From assembly GCA_965649765.1 (NCBI GenBank), contig OZ287757.1, positions 29,016,001-29,080,000 of the forward strand: a stretch of 64,000 nt of DNA. Reading direction: 5' to 3'. The notes under the pieces were generated by a model. The model saw only the letters and a program-made list of their open reading frames with translations, was not told where the DNA came from and did no database searches. A program made the translations under genes and the position numbers. This document shows positions 1-12,996 of the stretch, one piece after another. The DNA comes from Bispira polyomma (Eukaryota). Numbering within the stretch: position 1 is the first letter of the stretch; every line of letters begins with the position of its first letter.

Positions 1-114
1 TGTAAGCACCGAGTAAACGGGTTCTTAACCCAGTTTCTATACTATGTAACACCTCATGAGTGTTTCTCCTCAACACCACTATGTATTACAATGTACTACT
101 GGTCTATCTGTATT

Positions 115-3100
115 CTAAAGGACTCCCTTTCTTGAGAGAGGTATCACTAACAAGGACACCAGCCCACCAAAGATGCCCAGGCCTCCAGTCACAAAGTATG
201 GTAGAGTGTAGCTACCACTTACATGGTAGAGATACCCTATAGAAAACAGATACAAATGAGATGTATTCCTTAATTCCTTTATTCTTTAATAAAACTTTAA
301 TTAATTGTATTCACCTTTTAACTAAAAACTGACCAATAAGTGAAAACGAATTATATTGAAATGTTTTAAAAATTGTAAATTTGTGAAAGTTTTTTCCTGT
401 TAAACTTTCAACTTATTTTTAACTTTAAAGCAGTGCAGGTGACTTACCGGCTAGTGGAATACCTATAAACTGACCAAGCCCTGAGAAGACCATCAGCAGT
501 CCCAGACCTCTGGCTAGTTTCTCTATACCAACCAGGTCAACCAAAGCAGGCTGCTGTATTGTGGCAAAACTAACTGTAAATGACAAACATGAGTTGTCTG
601 GTGCACAGTGTGAAATACACTAACATTGATATGGCCACTTTATACTCAAGTTTGGATGGGTTGATTACTTTCAACCAATCCATGTAGGCCTTAAATATTA
701 TTTCTATGAAAGACTGATGAAAAACAAGACACAAGACTGACTCATTATTTAGCTGTAATGTTGAGTAATTTGTTGAAGCATCTTATGACATTGTACATCC
801 ATGGCTGGACTCTCCATGAGACTCAAGCTCAACTCAGATTCAAGCTAAAGATCTGGGGTCCCCATATCTCTGGCTAGAGAGAAATAAATTTAAATCTACA
901 TTTTACACATTATAATTCAGCACAGAAAGACTCTCTTACAATAAATGGTGACAGGTAGAAGTAATTTTCCATTTACAGAAGTTAACTATAGCTTTCACTT
1001 GAGTTGAGTTTGAGCTTCTTTGGAGAAATATAGCCCCTGGTCTTGCTCAGCAAAATAGCAATATAAAATTCATGAACTACTATGTATGAACTAGAAAAGA
1101 CAAATGCTTATTCAATAGAACTACAATGATTGGAGAAACAGGAAACAGTTAAATAAGTGAAACCCTTGTTACTTGCATTGTGCTTTTTGATAATAACTAA
1201 AATAGTGTCAGTTATCTACCCACTACAAATTCTGACTTCACCGACTGAGCTATTAAGCTCTCATGTGTTACTGATGTGACTATACCTTACCTACTGAGAG
1301 AGATAGTAATCCTACTATTACCATTATAGTTTCTAGTGTCCTTGCTGCACCAATGACTATCAAGAAGAGGCCCAGTCCTGTGGCAGTCAGACTGTGGAGG
1401 ATAAACTTGTTCCGTCTGAGAGCTGGTGTGGATGCCAGCACACCAAACAGTGGTCCTAACACAGCATTAGTCAGGCCGCTCACTGACGGTACAAAGGCTG
1501 CTTTATACTTGTCTATGCCCTCACTTAGACACTTGTTGATGATGTGAAAATTGTACACCGCGAAGTTCATGTTGACTATAAAGGATGTGAAAGAAAAGAG
1601 CAAGTAAGATGGTCTCTTGATGAGATCTATAGGAACCAGCTGTTTCAGGTATATCCAGCATTTACTGGAGCAGGTAAAAGAGCAGTTTTTGTTGTCTGGC
1701 AAATGCAAAGGTTTCAGGAATGATCGGTATAGAGCACATAGCCAGACATTCTGCATAGATATGGCCGAGTAGAGTACCAAGGTGCCTCGCCAGCCCAAGT
1801 GGTTGACTGCATATCTAGTGCATGGAGGGAACACAAAGGCACTGACACTGAAACCAGCGACAGTAATACCGCTCACTAAGGTGCGTTTTTTAATAAAGTA
1901 CTGGTGGACAACCGGAGACACAGACACATACATCACACCAAAGCCAGCACCTGAAGAGAGATTGTGATATTTTAAGACACCTACATTACCTGCAAGTTAA
2001 AAATAAATAAAAATAAAATAAAGATAAAATAAAGGATTTCTTTGACTCAGGAATCAATAAAAATGGATAAACAGGAAGCTTCAATATTTTTATTAGGGTA
2101 ATTGATCAAAGTGGTGCAAATATCCCTGCCTTCAGCAACTATACTTCCAGCTTTCCAACATACAAAGGTGGGAGGTAAAAGAGTATGTGACTGTACAGAA
2201 ATAGTGGAACACAAGGTCAACATTTTCGTGACTGCCAACAGCCAACTAGCATCATTTGTTACAACATCCCAAAAGGTATTTAGTCTGTCTCTGGAGATAG
2301 GACCTAATGACAAATTACCGCCATTTTAAATAGTCATCCAAGCCACTGTAGGTATATGCCTGTACTTTGCTACCCCAGGTTGGGATCGAACGCAGTGTTC
2401 CTTAGCAAGTGGACCATCATGTTAAACTATTATATATTTGGATGGGATCAAAATGTAGCTGCTTGAGTGTGTCTACCCACTAGGTCGCAGTGACTTACCA
2501 GAGAGAGTATAACCCACAGAAAGCATGGCGATGTTGGTGCTGAAGGAAGCCAGAAAACAGGAGATCGATGCTACAAGTGCTCCACATATGGCTATGACAC
2601 GGACATCTACATGGTGTAATAGGCTGCTACTCAGAAAACCTGTCAGGAAACAGCCTCTTATGTTATGTACAGTTTGCTTAAATCCTACAACATGCCATTT
2701 CTTGGTAGTCCTCTATGGAATCTTAGCAGTAGAACTAAACCATCTGCTTAGTTACCACCAGTTTATTGTACAGAACCTCCGGATAATGATCACCTGTATA
2801 TAATAAATGCTTTTTCCTGGTTAGTGTTCTCTCTTTAGGATTTAAATCTAGTTTGTTTTTTAGTCGCTCTCAACAGCTGTCATATCGGGAAAGCTAGACT
2901 TAATGGTGGAAGAAACCAATGCTGAAGCACTGTAAACCGCCGGCCTATATAAAGTACCTGACAAACACTTTCTCTCTTTAAAATTAGGGTATAGTTAATT
3001 ATCGAGTAGCTGTACTCTATTTTCCAAGCGAGAACAATACCCTACTTAAATAAACTCCAACAGTTATACCAATATATGTGTGTCTTATATGACATTTATT

Positions 3101-3437
3101 ATATTTTTGATGATACAAATAGAGTGTACACTCTTGGAAAATAGCCAACACTTTTTTCAATGGAAAACTATCCCCAGGTGTAATTTATCTATATATTGAG
3201 CTTTTTACTACATTTACCTGCCATGTGTAACGCAATGGAATGATAGGCAGCTGCAGTGCCCACTATAACCACATCAGCATCAAATTCATCCATATATTCC
3301 TTGTAGAGAACTGAGAAGGAAGTGGTGAGGATGAAAACCGAGGCATAATTAAAGAAACAGACAGCCACCAGCACCCAACCGTAGCCGCCATCTGGTGGAG
3401 TGATAGTTCGAGGGGACGCTTCCTCTCCTACTGTCAT
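115..3437 (-). CDS. SLC16/monocarboxylate transporter-like gene A; exons 3218-3437, 2499-2639, 1291-1950, 448-573, 115-236 (~422 aa)
   Basis: SLC16 N-terminal signature PDGGYGW, YFIKKRTLVSG loop motif, hydrophobic TM segments; all introns GT-AG and phase 1; exon sizes 220/141/660/126 match paralog B; ends at TAG 115-117. Confidence 0.88.
803..1036. mobile_element. MITE-like element with imperfect terminal inverted repeats in intron 3 of gene A
   Basis: ggctggactctcca..ctcaagctcaactca at the left pairs with tgagttgagtttgag..tggagaaatatagcc at the right; paralogous copy starts ~19848. Confidence 0.5.
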
Positions 3438-3839
3438 CTGGATCAGTCTGGATGGATTCAAGGAGGGGGAAAGCTGTGGATATAGATAGTAAAGGTGTAA
3501 AGAAGTATTAAAAAAAATGGAGATGCTGAATCTTCAGACCCTTTGGGTGAATTCTGACCATGACGTTGCACACCTACACACCATGATGGGTATCTGTACC
3601 AGATATATGAACTTCCTTATCCTCCAGGTTTCTGAGAACTAGACCAGACCAACCTTGGCAGAAGCTAACTGGCCAGGTGTCCTGCCTGCCAATCTGGCCA
3701 ACTTGGGTGCAAGCAATACCCCATAGCATATGTATTGGCTGTGGGGTAAAACAAGAAATATAGCAATAGAGACAAACACAGTAAAAAAACAACAACCTCA
3801 AAACAAAGAAAAAAAGACATATTTTCCTACATATGATAC

Positions 3840-6800
3840 ACAAAAAAAATATTTTTTAAGACACTGTAATGTTGATAAATGATCATTTAAATTCTGACAT
3901 TTCGGAATATCACACTGATCAACAAAGCAGAGAGCTCGTTGTAAAAATCAAAATTGAAGGAGAAATATATAACATAATAAATGTATATGCACCCAATAAT
4001 ATTACTGAGAGAAAACATTTCTTTGTATCACTACATAAATAGATAGGGCATCATCTTGCTGATAATTACTATGTAATACTTGCGAGCGATTTCAATACTG
4101 CCATAAATAAGGAAGATAGAAAGTCAGGTATATTTGATTCCCGTTCTAGGCCATTAGTAAACTTAGCAAATAATCTGGGTGTCATTGATGTATGGAAAAC
4201 TTAGAAACCCAATATTATTGAATATACATGAGAAAGTCCTGGTAACTCAAACTTTAAAAGTAAAATTGACTATATATTTATATCAAAAGAATCGTTGTCA
4301 CTTACTAAAAATGCTTAATTGCCCATGCTCCTGCCTGTGATCATAAGGGAGATCTGCTAAAACTGAACAGCTGTAATGATAAACAAGGTCCTATATTTTG
4401 AAAATTAAATATTTCTGTCTTAAAAGATGAAAATTATTTCACTGATGTAAAGAATATGCTTCACCAAGTTTTACAAAAATGTACGAATTTGTGTATGAGT
4501 AAAAACAGATAGCCAGCTATTAAAACCAAAAAGTGATGAGATAACATGTTAAAATGACTAAATACTAAAGTGGTAGGAGCACAAATACGTTCACGTGCCA
4601 AGTATGTAGAAGAGGGTGAAAAATCTACATCATATTTTCTCAGATTAAAAAAACATAGAGATATCAGATGGAAATGTAATAACAAAAACTGGTGATATAT
4701 TGAAGAGTTGTGCCAAATTTTATAAGAATCTTTACACAAGTATACAACCAGACAGTAGTAATATAAAACAATTTGTAAGTGAATGTAAATAACCCAACAT
4801 CTTGACTGATGAACAGCAAGATCTATGTGACAGACCTATAACACTGGATGAATGTATGCAAGTTTGACTAATACAGATTACAAAATATTAGCTTTTGTGT
4901 TGTCCATGAGACTTCCAAATGTTATGCCCAAAGTGATTCACAATGACCAGTCTGGGTATATTAGAAACAGATTTATTGGATTTAATATCAGAACAATACA
5001 AGACTTGATACCTTACAGTGAAGTATCCAACAAACCTGGTGTTTTTATGTTTTTTGACTTAAAAAAGCCTTTGAAAACTTGGAATTGGACTTTTTACATA
5101 AGGTTATCAAAAAATTTAATTTTGGAAAAACATCTTAGCGTTGGGTTGAAATACTTTGTACAGAGCCTGAGGGAATTATCAGAAATAATGGATGGCTTTT
5201 AGAGGGCTTTAGTTTGTCCAGAGGTATTCAGCAGGATTGCCCCCTGTCTGCACTATTGTTTTTTTGTTGTTGTAGAAATGCTTCCTATAATGTTGGGATC
5301 TGACAAAGACATTAAAGGTTTTGGAATTTTGCAAAAGAAACAAGTAAAGATATATAAAATTTCTCAATATGCGGATGATTTGGTCATTATACTTCAAAAT
5401 ATTCAACACCCATCTTAGAAACTGTAAACAAATTTGGTGAACTCTCTGGACTAAAACTTAACCTTGACAAAACCAAGATTATTATGCTGGGTGCGTTGAA
5501 AGGATCTATGGCCAGCTGTGAAAAGATAGAATGTGCAGATAAAGGTTAGGAATATATGTTGGACATGACAAAGACCAAATTGGACATGACAAAGACCAAA
5601 ATTTAATCATCTCTATATTGCTATTGCAAGTCCTAAAATTGAATTGATACGGCAGATGAACACATATTTTTATAAGTTCATTTGGGATGGTAAACCGGAT
5701 AAAATCAAAAGAAAACAATTGACCCAGGGATACTTACAAGGAGGATTGAAAATGTTAGATCTTAACTGCTTTAATAAAGGACCTAAAGTATCTTGGTTTC
5801 GTCGACTGCATTTAAACCATGGAGTTACTTGGATGCACCTAGTTACATTTAATCTAGATTCAGTTGACAAAGTACTATATTTTGGGTCTCAGTGGTTTTT
5901 ATCAGTTGCTCAAAGAGCAGAAAACAAATTTTGGAAGGATGTCCTTGCATCTTGGAGTGATGTAATAAAAAAGCTCCCAGAAATTGATAAAACTCCTGAA
6001 AGACATTATGGACCACTATGGTACAATCAAAGTATCTCAAAAACTATTTTTTTTGTTCCACAGCTATACCAAAAGTGAATTGTTTCACCTGCTAATCTTA
6101 TTAGAAATAAATGAATCTTAATCACCTGGCACCACATAAAGAAGGATTTAAATACATCTGTGGACTTCCTAATCTACTACAGGATACATTTTTCTGGTAA
6201 AGAATATTTGAAAAGTATTGATTTGTCAAAATATCTTAATCAAAGACCATACCTCCACAATCATATCCATTTATTAAATAAATCAAAAAGAGGTAGTCAA
6301 GATTTTTTTCTGGTTTTGAATGTTGATGAAGGAACTGATAGTGTAAAATATCTTAACAAGTGGGAGAGAGAGCTGATAATAACAATAGATCAAAATTCAT
6401 GGAAAAACATACATAAAATAATCTCTACTTCTATTCAGGATAATGCTTTTATTTGGTTCCAATATAAAATTATATACAGATTTTTAGGTACAATGTATTT
6501 TCGGCACAAAATTAATCAATCTGAAAGTTCTAAATATTCTCTCTGTGGCCAGCATGTAGAAACTAACCTACATTTTTTTCCTGCTGTGAAAAAAGCATTA
6601 ACTTTTAGAATAATATCAGAATATGGCTTAAACGATCAATAGATAAAAATATTGATATTTTGCCTGGCACCATTATACCAAATGCTCCTTTAAATTGCAT
6701 CTAAATCACAGCAAAACAGTATATTTTCCATTGTTCTAGAAAGAATATGCAATTAAATTTTTTTGACTGTCAAGGTCAAACGAGGTAAAAATTTTTTGAG

Positions 6801-7360
6801 CAGAGTCACCTATCCAAAATTGAAATGCGTAGTAAAGAATTTAAGAAAACATGGTCAGTGTTTGCTAACCTTTTTGACAAAATTGAATATGTAATAGAAT
6901 ATTATTGAACAAGAAAGTTTTGTAACCTGATATTGCTGGTTCATTAAAAATTACCCTGAAAGGTATTTATAGCATTAATATATACTTGAGCCTTTATAAT
7001 GTGTTTAAATGGAATTTATGTGATAATTATTGTTAATCTGCAAAATAATGTGTACCAGTCTCATTTTTTTATGTAGTATATAGTAAGACGCATACTGTGT
7101 ATGAGATATTTTGTAAAACCTCAATAGGGGGTTGGCTACGTTCGCCTCAAAAGGCTTTTTTGTGTGTCTTTTTTTAATGTGTTTTTTTTTGTTTTTTTTT
7201 CGTATTGTTTATTTTTGTTGTCTATATTGAGTAATTGTGTAACATTTTTTTTTGTTTGTGTATTGTATCGTATTGTTTATTTTTGTTGTCTATATTGAGT
7301 AATTGTGTAACATTTTTTTTTGTTTGTGTATTGTATTGTATTGTAAATAATAATAAAAAA
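3840..7360 (+). mobile_element. Decayed non-LTR retrotransposon (L1/Tx1-like ORF2: APE endonuclease + RT) with 3' tail
   Basis: Fragments NVYAPNN..SDFNTA (APE), SLTNTDYKILA..DQSGYI..RFIGFNIR, RGIQQDCPLS, SQYADD (RT), GGLKMLDL; many stops and frameshifts; A-rich end near 7345-7362. Confidence 0.85.
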
Positions 7361-7479
7361 AATATGCAAAACATAAAAATTGACTGGGTATTTTCGATTG
7401 TTCAGTACTATATATATATCAAGAATGTGGTAGCAATATTGAGAATGTTGTATATAGTAACTTTGTGAAACATATAACC

Positions 7480-8600
7480 TCAAAGTTAAAGATGAGACCA
7501 TTGTGTCGTGTTGGCCCAATCCAGCCTTCCCTCCTCCACTTCCTGCATATTTACCCCCCAGGCTGACCTGACAGCTGGCCAGGGTAATACAGCTGCGTCT
7601 CGGAATATGTAAATCATTTGATGCAACATCTGTCACATCAAATTGGGGTCGGATACCTGGGCCACGTTGGCAAGTTGTCTGGCTGCCCATTGGGGCATGG
7701 AGAGCTCGTCGAAGTTGGGCCTTTTCTTAGCTGTCCCCCCAGCCATCCCTCATTTGCCCAGCGTGTTTGGGGGTCAACTACATATACGTCGGTTGTGTTG
7801 TAGCGCTCAGATTTATGCCATAAATGGGGCTTACCTTGAGTATCGTAGGCCGCCAGTCTCTGATTCACTGCAGCATTCACTTCTAGGATCATTTTCATGA
7901 CGTCGAGGCGGGTAATAATACCATCCCGATGATAGTCCTGGTGATGTCTTAGATGTAAGGCCGTCTTGCCATAAGTGTATGGACGTAGATTCTTTAGTAG
8001 TGTCGGCACTTCTGGCACTGTAAGAACGGTATGTGACCTCATATCTAACATCGTGTCGTTACGCGTCTGGATCACAGGTGAAGTCATGGGTGTTGAATTA
8101 ACAGATCCCTTTGACTCGACTCTATTGAACCTCTTATTTATGTCAGCGCTGGCCAATTCTAAACGTTGTAAAATAGTCATTACCTCGCTAAATCCATCAG
8201 ATCCTCTTGCAGGCGTCGGACGTATATCTCTGGATTCCACTTCTGATAGTGGTTCACGTAGATTTTGCACTACCGGGTCCTTAATTTTGGCAGAAGCAGC
8301 CTTTCTTGTAGTTAGAGGTTTTCTGGCCTGAGGAGCACTGCCGGGTGTCTTTTTCGTTTTACCCATTATGTGTACATATATGGTTATACTATCTCAACGT
8401 AAAAACTAAAATCCTAAAACTTTATATGTAACCTTTAAGTAAAATATCCTTTTTCACACAATGTAAAAATTTTCAGTGTGGCTGGTTGAAGGTTAATAAA
8501 AATGGTGCCGGAATTTGGGGCAGCATATGATAAATCAGCAGGGGAAATGTGTATGATTGGCTCTTATGGTCATGCCTGAATAAGTAGAGAGAGAGAGAAC
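7480..8600 (-). mobile_element. Remnant (5' region + gag) of Ngaro-like YR retrotransposon E5
   Basis: ORF 7638-8366 starts MGKTKK and contains QRLAAYDTQGK..ERYNTTDVYVVDPQTRWANEG, homologous to E2 gag QRLARYE..LQGK..GRYNVSEVCVTDPMKRWPNEA. Confidence 0.7.
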
Positions 8601-9021
8601 CAAAATAGTTTTTTAAAAGTGTTACATATATGTGGATGGTGAACTGACACAGCAGTCCCCTGAAGTGGTTGTGCTAGTCATATTGCCAGAAACTGAAAAA
8701 AATTAAATATTATTTTTGGAGTGTTGACTGCTTGTCGACAGACATAGGTTCTGGGAGTAACAATTGACTTAAGCTCACATAAATGGTATCTACATATTAA
8801 TAAGTGGTATCTACAAGTTATTAACTAATATCTACAAGTTATTAGAAAGACCAGAAGTGCGCATCGAACACATGGCCGTCAGTGCGCAATTCGTAACCAT
8901 ACTTTATCTGAGAGATTAAATCACGTATAAATAGTTCTGTCAGTAGCTACATAAATAGTTCACAGTAATTTGGGAAAATATCTTATTATTTACTTTAAAA
9001 TATACTGTTGTCAGTCTTTCC

Positions 9022-9160
9022 AATAGAAATAAAGTACACAGGCTTGTACTTTATTTGCAAATAAAGGACAGCCTTACCTACCGGCCCTCGTCCATTATTC
9101 CACCATAAGTCAGTCCTTTATTCGCCAGTAAAGTACTAGCCCTTGAACGTTATTTCTATA
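9022..9160. repeat. Palindromic MITE-like hairpin
   Basis: atagaaataa/ttatttctat and gtacttta..aataaaggac/gtcctttatt..taaagtac nested inverted repeats. Confidence 0.55.
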
Positions 9161-9523
9161 CTAACTGGTGTCTAAGTTAGCAACTGAAAAAGTAAAACTT
9201 TTTAAAAAAAATTATGTTTTTTAAAATTATTTGTTTTGTTTTTTCAGATACTAACTTTTGTAAGATAACTGAGCTTTTGTAATACCTGACCAGGTATCTG
9301 TCAATCAGTCTTTACAAAAACCAAATTTAAAAAGAAAATGTTCTGTCTATCTGTCTACATTTCTATGTATAACCTTACCTTAATACTTTTACCATAACTA
9401 TTACCTCATTATAATATTCGTTACCTAATTAGCCTAAATTTTACAATTTTTTATTCACATATCACTACATTCAAAATGGCATCCTTCCAGGGGAATTCTG
9501 CAGTTGTTCCTTTTCAACAGGTC

Positions 9524-12500
9524 AAAACTACGGTTGTCAATAAAAGTAGAAAGGGTACATACCCATCTCAATGCTGATCGACATGGCGATAAAATGTGGG
9601 ATTCTGTCAGTTCCCCAGTTTGCATTATCATTACAGAGTTTGAGCAAATCCGGTGTTATCTCATATATATTTTGCATAGGGATGGCGCAATAGATATTAA
9701 AAAAACAAACAGGTTCTAAATTTCTGAGGAAATTTCATCATGAAGTACATATTTACAAATTTGTACTTATACCTGGAAAAAGATTCAGTTCATAGAAAAA
9801 CACACACTTTTTATCAGCAGGGTTGATTTATGTATATTATGAACACAGGCTTTTTACAAAACACCACCTGTATGTGTGTGTGTGTGTATGTGTAGCACTA
9901 TATCTAAGGGTATGTATAAAACATGTATTTTAACATAGTTAAAGAAATGTTTTACCCAACAACGATGAGCCTCAAAGTGATCTGAAGCACTACATTCCTG
10001 TTTGGATCAAGCTAGGATAAGAGATGTAATGACATAATCATAGCAAGGAACATTGTGGTTAGATTGGGAAAATTTGTATCCAATATTTGTAAAACAAATG
10101 ATTAACATGTGCTACCAAAGACCAGTTAACATATATCAGAATCGACGCCATTCATTCTGGAATTTGGAAATTCTTCTGATGAAGTTTTGTGGTTGTCTAC
10201 TCTTTCACCTGAGTGGAGGATCTCATACATGTACACTGGTGTTAATAATATGTGGCCGTATCATAATTGCTTTAATTCGTTTTTGTTGATTGTTTTTATT
10301 AATTCACACACATTATTTTATGTATTAAAAAGTAATTTTGATCGAAAAGCAATCATTTTATTGTTGTAAGTTTAAAACATCAACACAAACATTTACTTAC
10401 CCTAACTAAAACCTGGCATTATAAATAGAACACAATTATAACCTCCATACAATTTCGACAACTAGTGTACCTAAAGAAAAGGTCTATAAACCAAAGTCAA
10501 ATGCTCCACTTCTCATATATCTATGATGGTAGTATCACAATGTGTGTCCTGGTCATAGTTGCTTTCATTTTTCTTCATTAATTATTTTTTTTTATTTGAA
10601 CACAACATAAGTACCTATTAAAAAGCAAATTTTGCCCTTAATCAACAGTTTTCTTTTTAAAAAGTTTGAAAACGTCAATACAAACTCTACAAAAAATGGC
10701 CTTATAAAGAGACACAATTATGACCTGGACGCATTTTATGACGACCAGTATATCCCAAGATTTTGGGAATACAGTTTAAACTGCCATATATTTGGCATGA
10801 AGATTGTTTCTTTGATTAAATTACTACTTAATAGTTGTAATACCAGTGTGGGTGAGGTTTTATAGTGGCAATTTATGATAAAATCGGAAGCATCAATTTC
10901 GCCCATTTAGATGTATTGCCTATCGATCCAATTTTAAAAACTCAAATACTGGGATATTTGTTATGTAGTTTTTTCTTTTCCCTTTGCTACCGATCATAAA
11001 AGTGAAAGAATTTTCAAAATCATAAACTACAAAACTACGGTTATCAACAAAAGTAGAAAGGGTACATACCCGTATCAATGTTGATCCACATGGCAATAAA
11101 ATGTGGGATTCTGCCGGTTTCCCAGTTTGCAATATCATTACAGAGTTTAAACAAATCAGGTGTTATCTCATATATATTTTGCATACAGATGGCGCAATAG
11201 ATATTAAAAAAAACAAACAGGTTCTAAATTTCTGAGGAAATGTCATCATAAGGTACATATTTACAAATTTGTACTTATACTTGGAAAAAGATTCAGTTTA
11301 TAGAAAAACACATGCTTTCTATCAGCAGGGTTGATTTATGTATATTATGAACACAGGCTTTTCTACAAAACACCATCACCAAATCATAAACTACAAAACT
11401 ACGGTTATCAACAAAAGTAGAAAGGGTACATACCCGTGTCAATGCTGATCCACATGGAGATAAAATGTGGGATTCTGTCGGTTCCCCAGTTTGCATTATC
11501 ATTACAGAGTTTGAACAAATCCACTGTTATCTCATATATATTTTGCATACAGATGGCGCAATAGATATTCAAAAACCAAACAAGTTCTAAATTTCTAAGG
11601 AAATGTTATCATGAAGTACATATTTACAAATTTGTACTTATACTTTGAAAAAGATTCAGTTGATAGAAAAACACATACTTTTTATCAGCAGGGTTGATTT
11701 ATGTATATTATGAACACAGGCTTTCTACAAAACACCACCTGTACGTGTGTGTGTGTGTATGTGTAGTACTATATTTAAGGGTATGTATAAAACATGTATT
11801 TTAACATTGTCTTTCATAAGAAATGTTTTACCCAACAAGGATGAGCCTCAAAGTTATCTGAAGCACTACATTCCTGTTTGAATCAAGCTAGGATAAGAGA
11901 TGTAATGACATAATCATGGCAAGGAACACTGTGGTTAGATTGGAAAAATTTGTATCCAATATTTTTAAAACAAATGATTACCATGTGCTACCAAAGACCA
12001 GTTAACATATATCAGAATCGACGCCATTAATTCTAACCTTTTGGAAATGCTTCTGATGAAGTTTTGTGGTTGTCTACTCTTTCACCTAAGTGGAGGATCT
12101 CATACATAAACACTGGTGGTAACAATATGTTGCCAGATCATAATTGCTTTAATTCATTTTTTTTATTGTTTTTATTAATTCACACACATTATATTATCTA
12201 TTAAAAAGTAATTTTGATCTAAAAGCAATCATTTTATTGTTGTAAGTTTAAAACATCAACACAAACATTTACTTACCCTAACCAAAACCTGCCATTATCA
12301 ATAGGAAACAATTATAACCTCCATACAATTTCGACAACCAGTGTTCCTAAACAAAAGGTTGATAAACCAAAGTCAAATGCCTCACATCTCATATATCTAT
12401 GATGGTAGTATCACAATGTGTGTCCTGGTCATAGTTGCTTCCATTTTTCTTGATTAATTTTTTTTTTATTTGAACACAACATAATTATCTATTAAAAAGC

Positions 12501-12996
12501 AAATTTTGCCCTTAATCAATAGTTTTCTTTTTAAAAAGTTTGAAAACATCAATACAAACTCTACAAAAAATGGCCAAGAAAGAGACACAATTATTACCTG
12601 GATGCATTTTATGACGACCAGTACATCCCAAGATTTTGGGAATACAGTTCAAACTGCCATATATTTGGCATGAAGATTGTTTCTTTGATTAAATTACTAC
12701 TTAATAGTTGTAATACCAGTCTGGGTGAGGTTTTACAGTGGCAATTTATGATAAACTCAGAAGCATCAATTTCGCCCATTTAGATGTGGTGCCTATCGAT
12801 CCAATTTTTAAAAACTCAAATACTGGGATATTTGTTATGTAGTTTTTTTTTTCCTTTGCTACCAATCATCAAAGTGAAAGAATTTTTCAAAATCATAAAC
12901 TACAAAACTACGGTTATCAACAAAAGTAGAAAGGGTACATACCCGTATCAATGCTGATCCACATGGCAATAAAATGTGGGATTCTGCCGGTTTCCC
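9524..12996 (+). repeat. Local tandem duplication: ~1.5-kb unit (9524-11030, 11395-12903) plus partial units starting ~11031 and ~12904
   Basis: aaaactacggtt.tcaa.aaaagtagaaagggtacataccc recurs at ~9525, 11031, 11395, 12904; long near-identical blocks including a (TG)n tract; homologous fragments at 40.8-45.3 kb. Confidence 0.85.

Noticed and set aside
1353-2803. Plus-strand ORFs duplicated at 21437-22896
   Set aside because: Antisense shadows of the SLC16 exons, conserved only because the genes are paralogs
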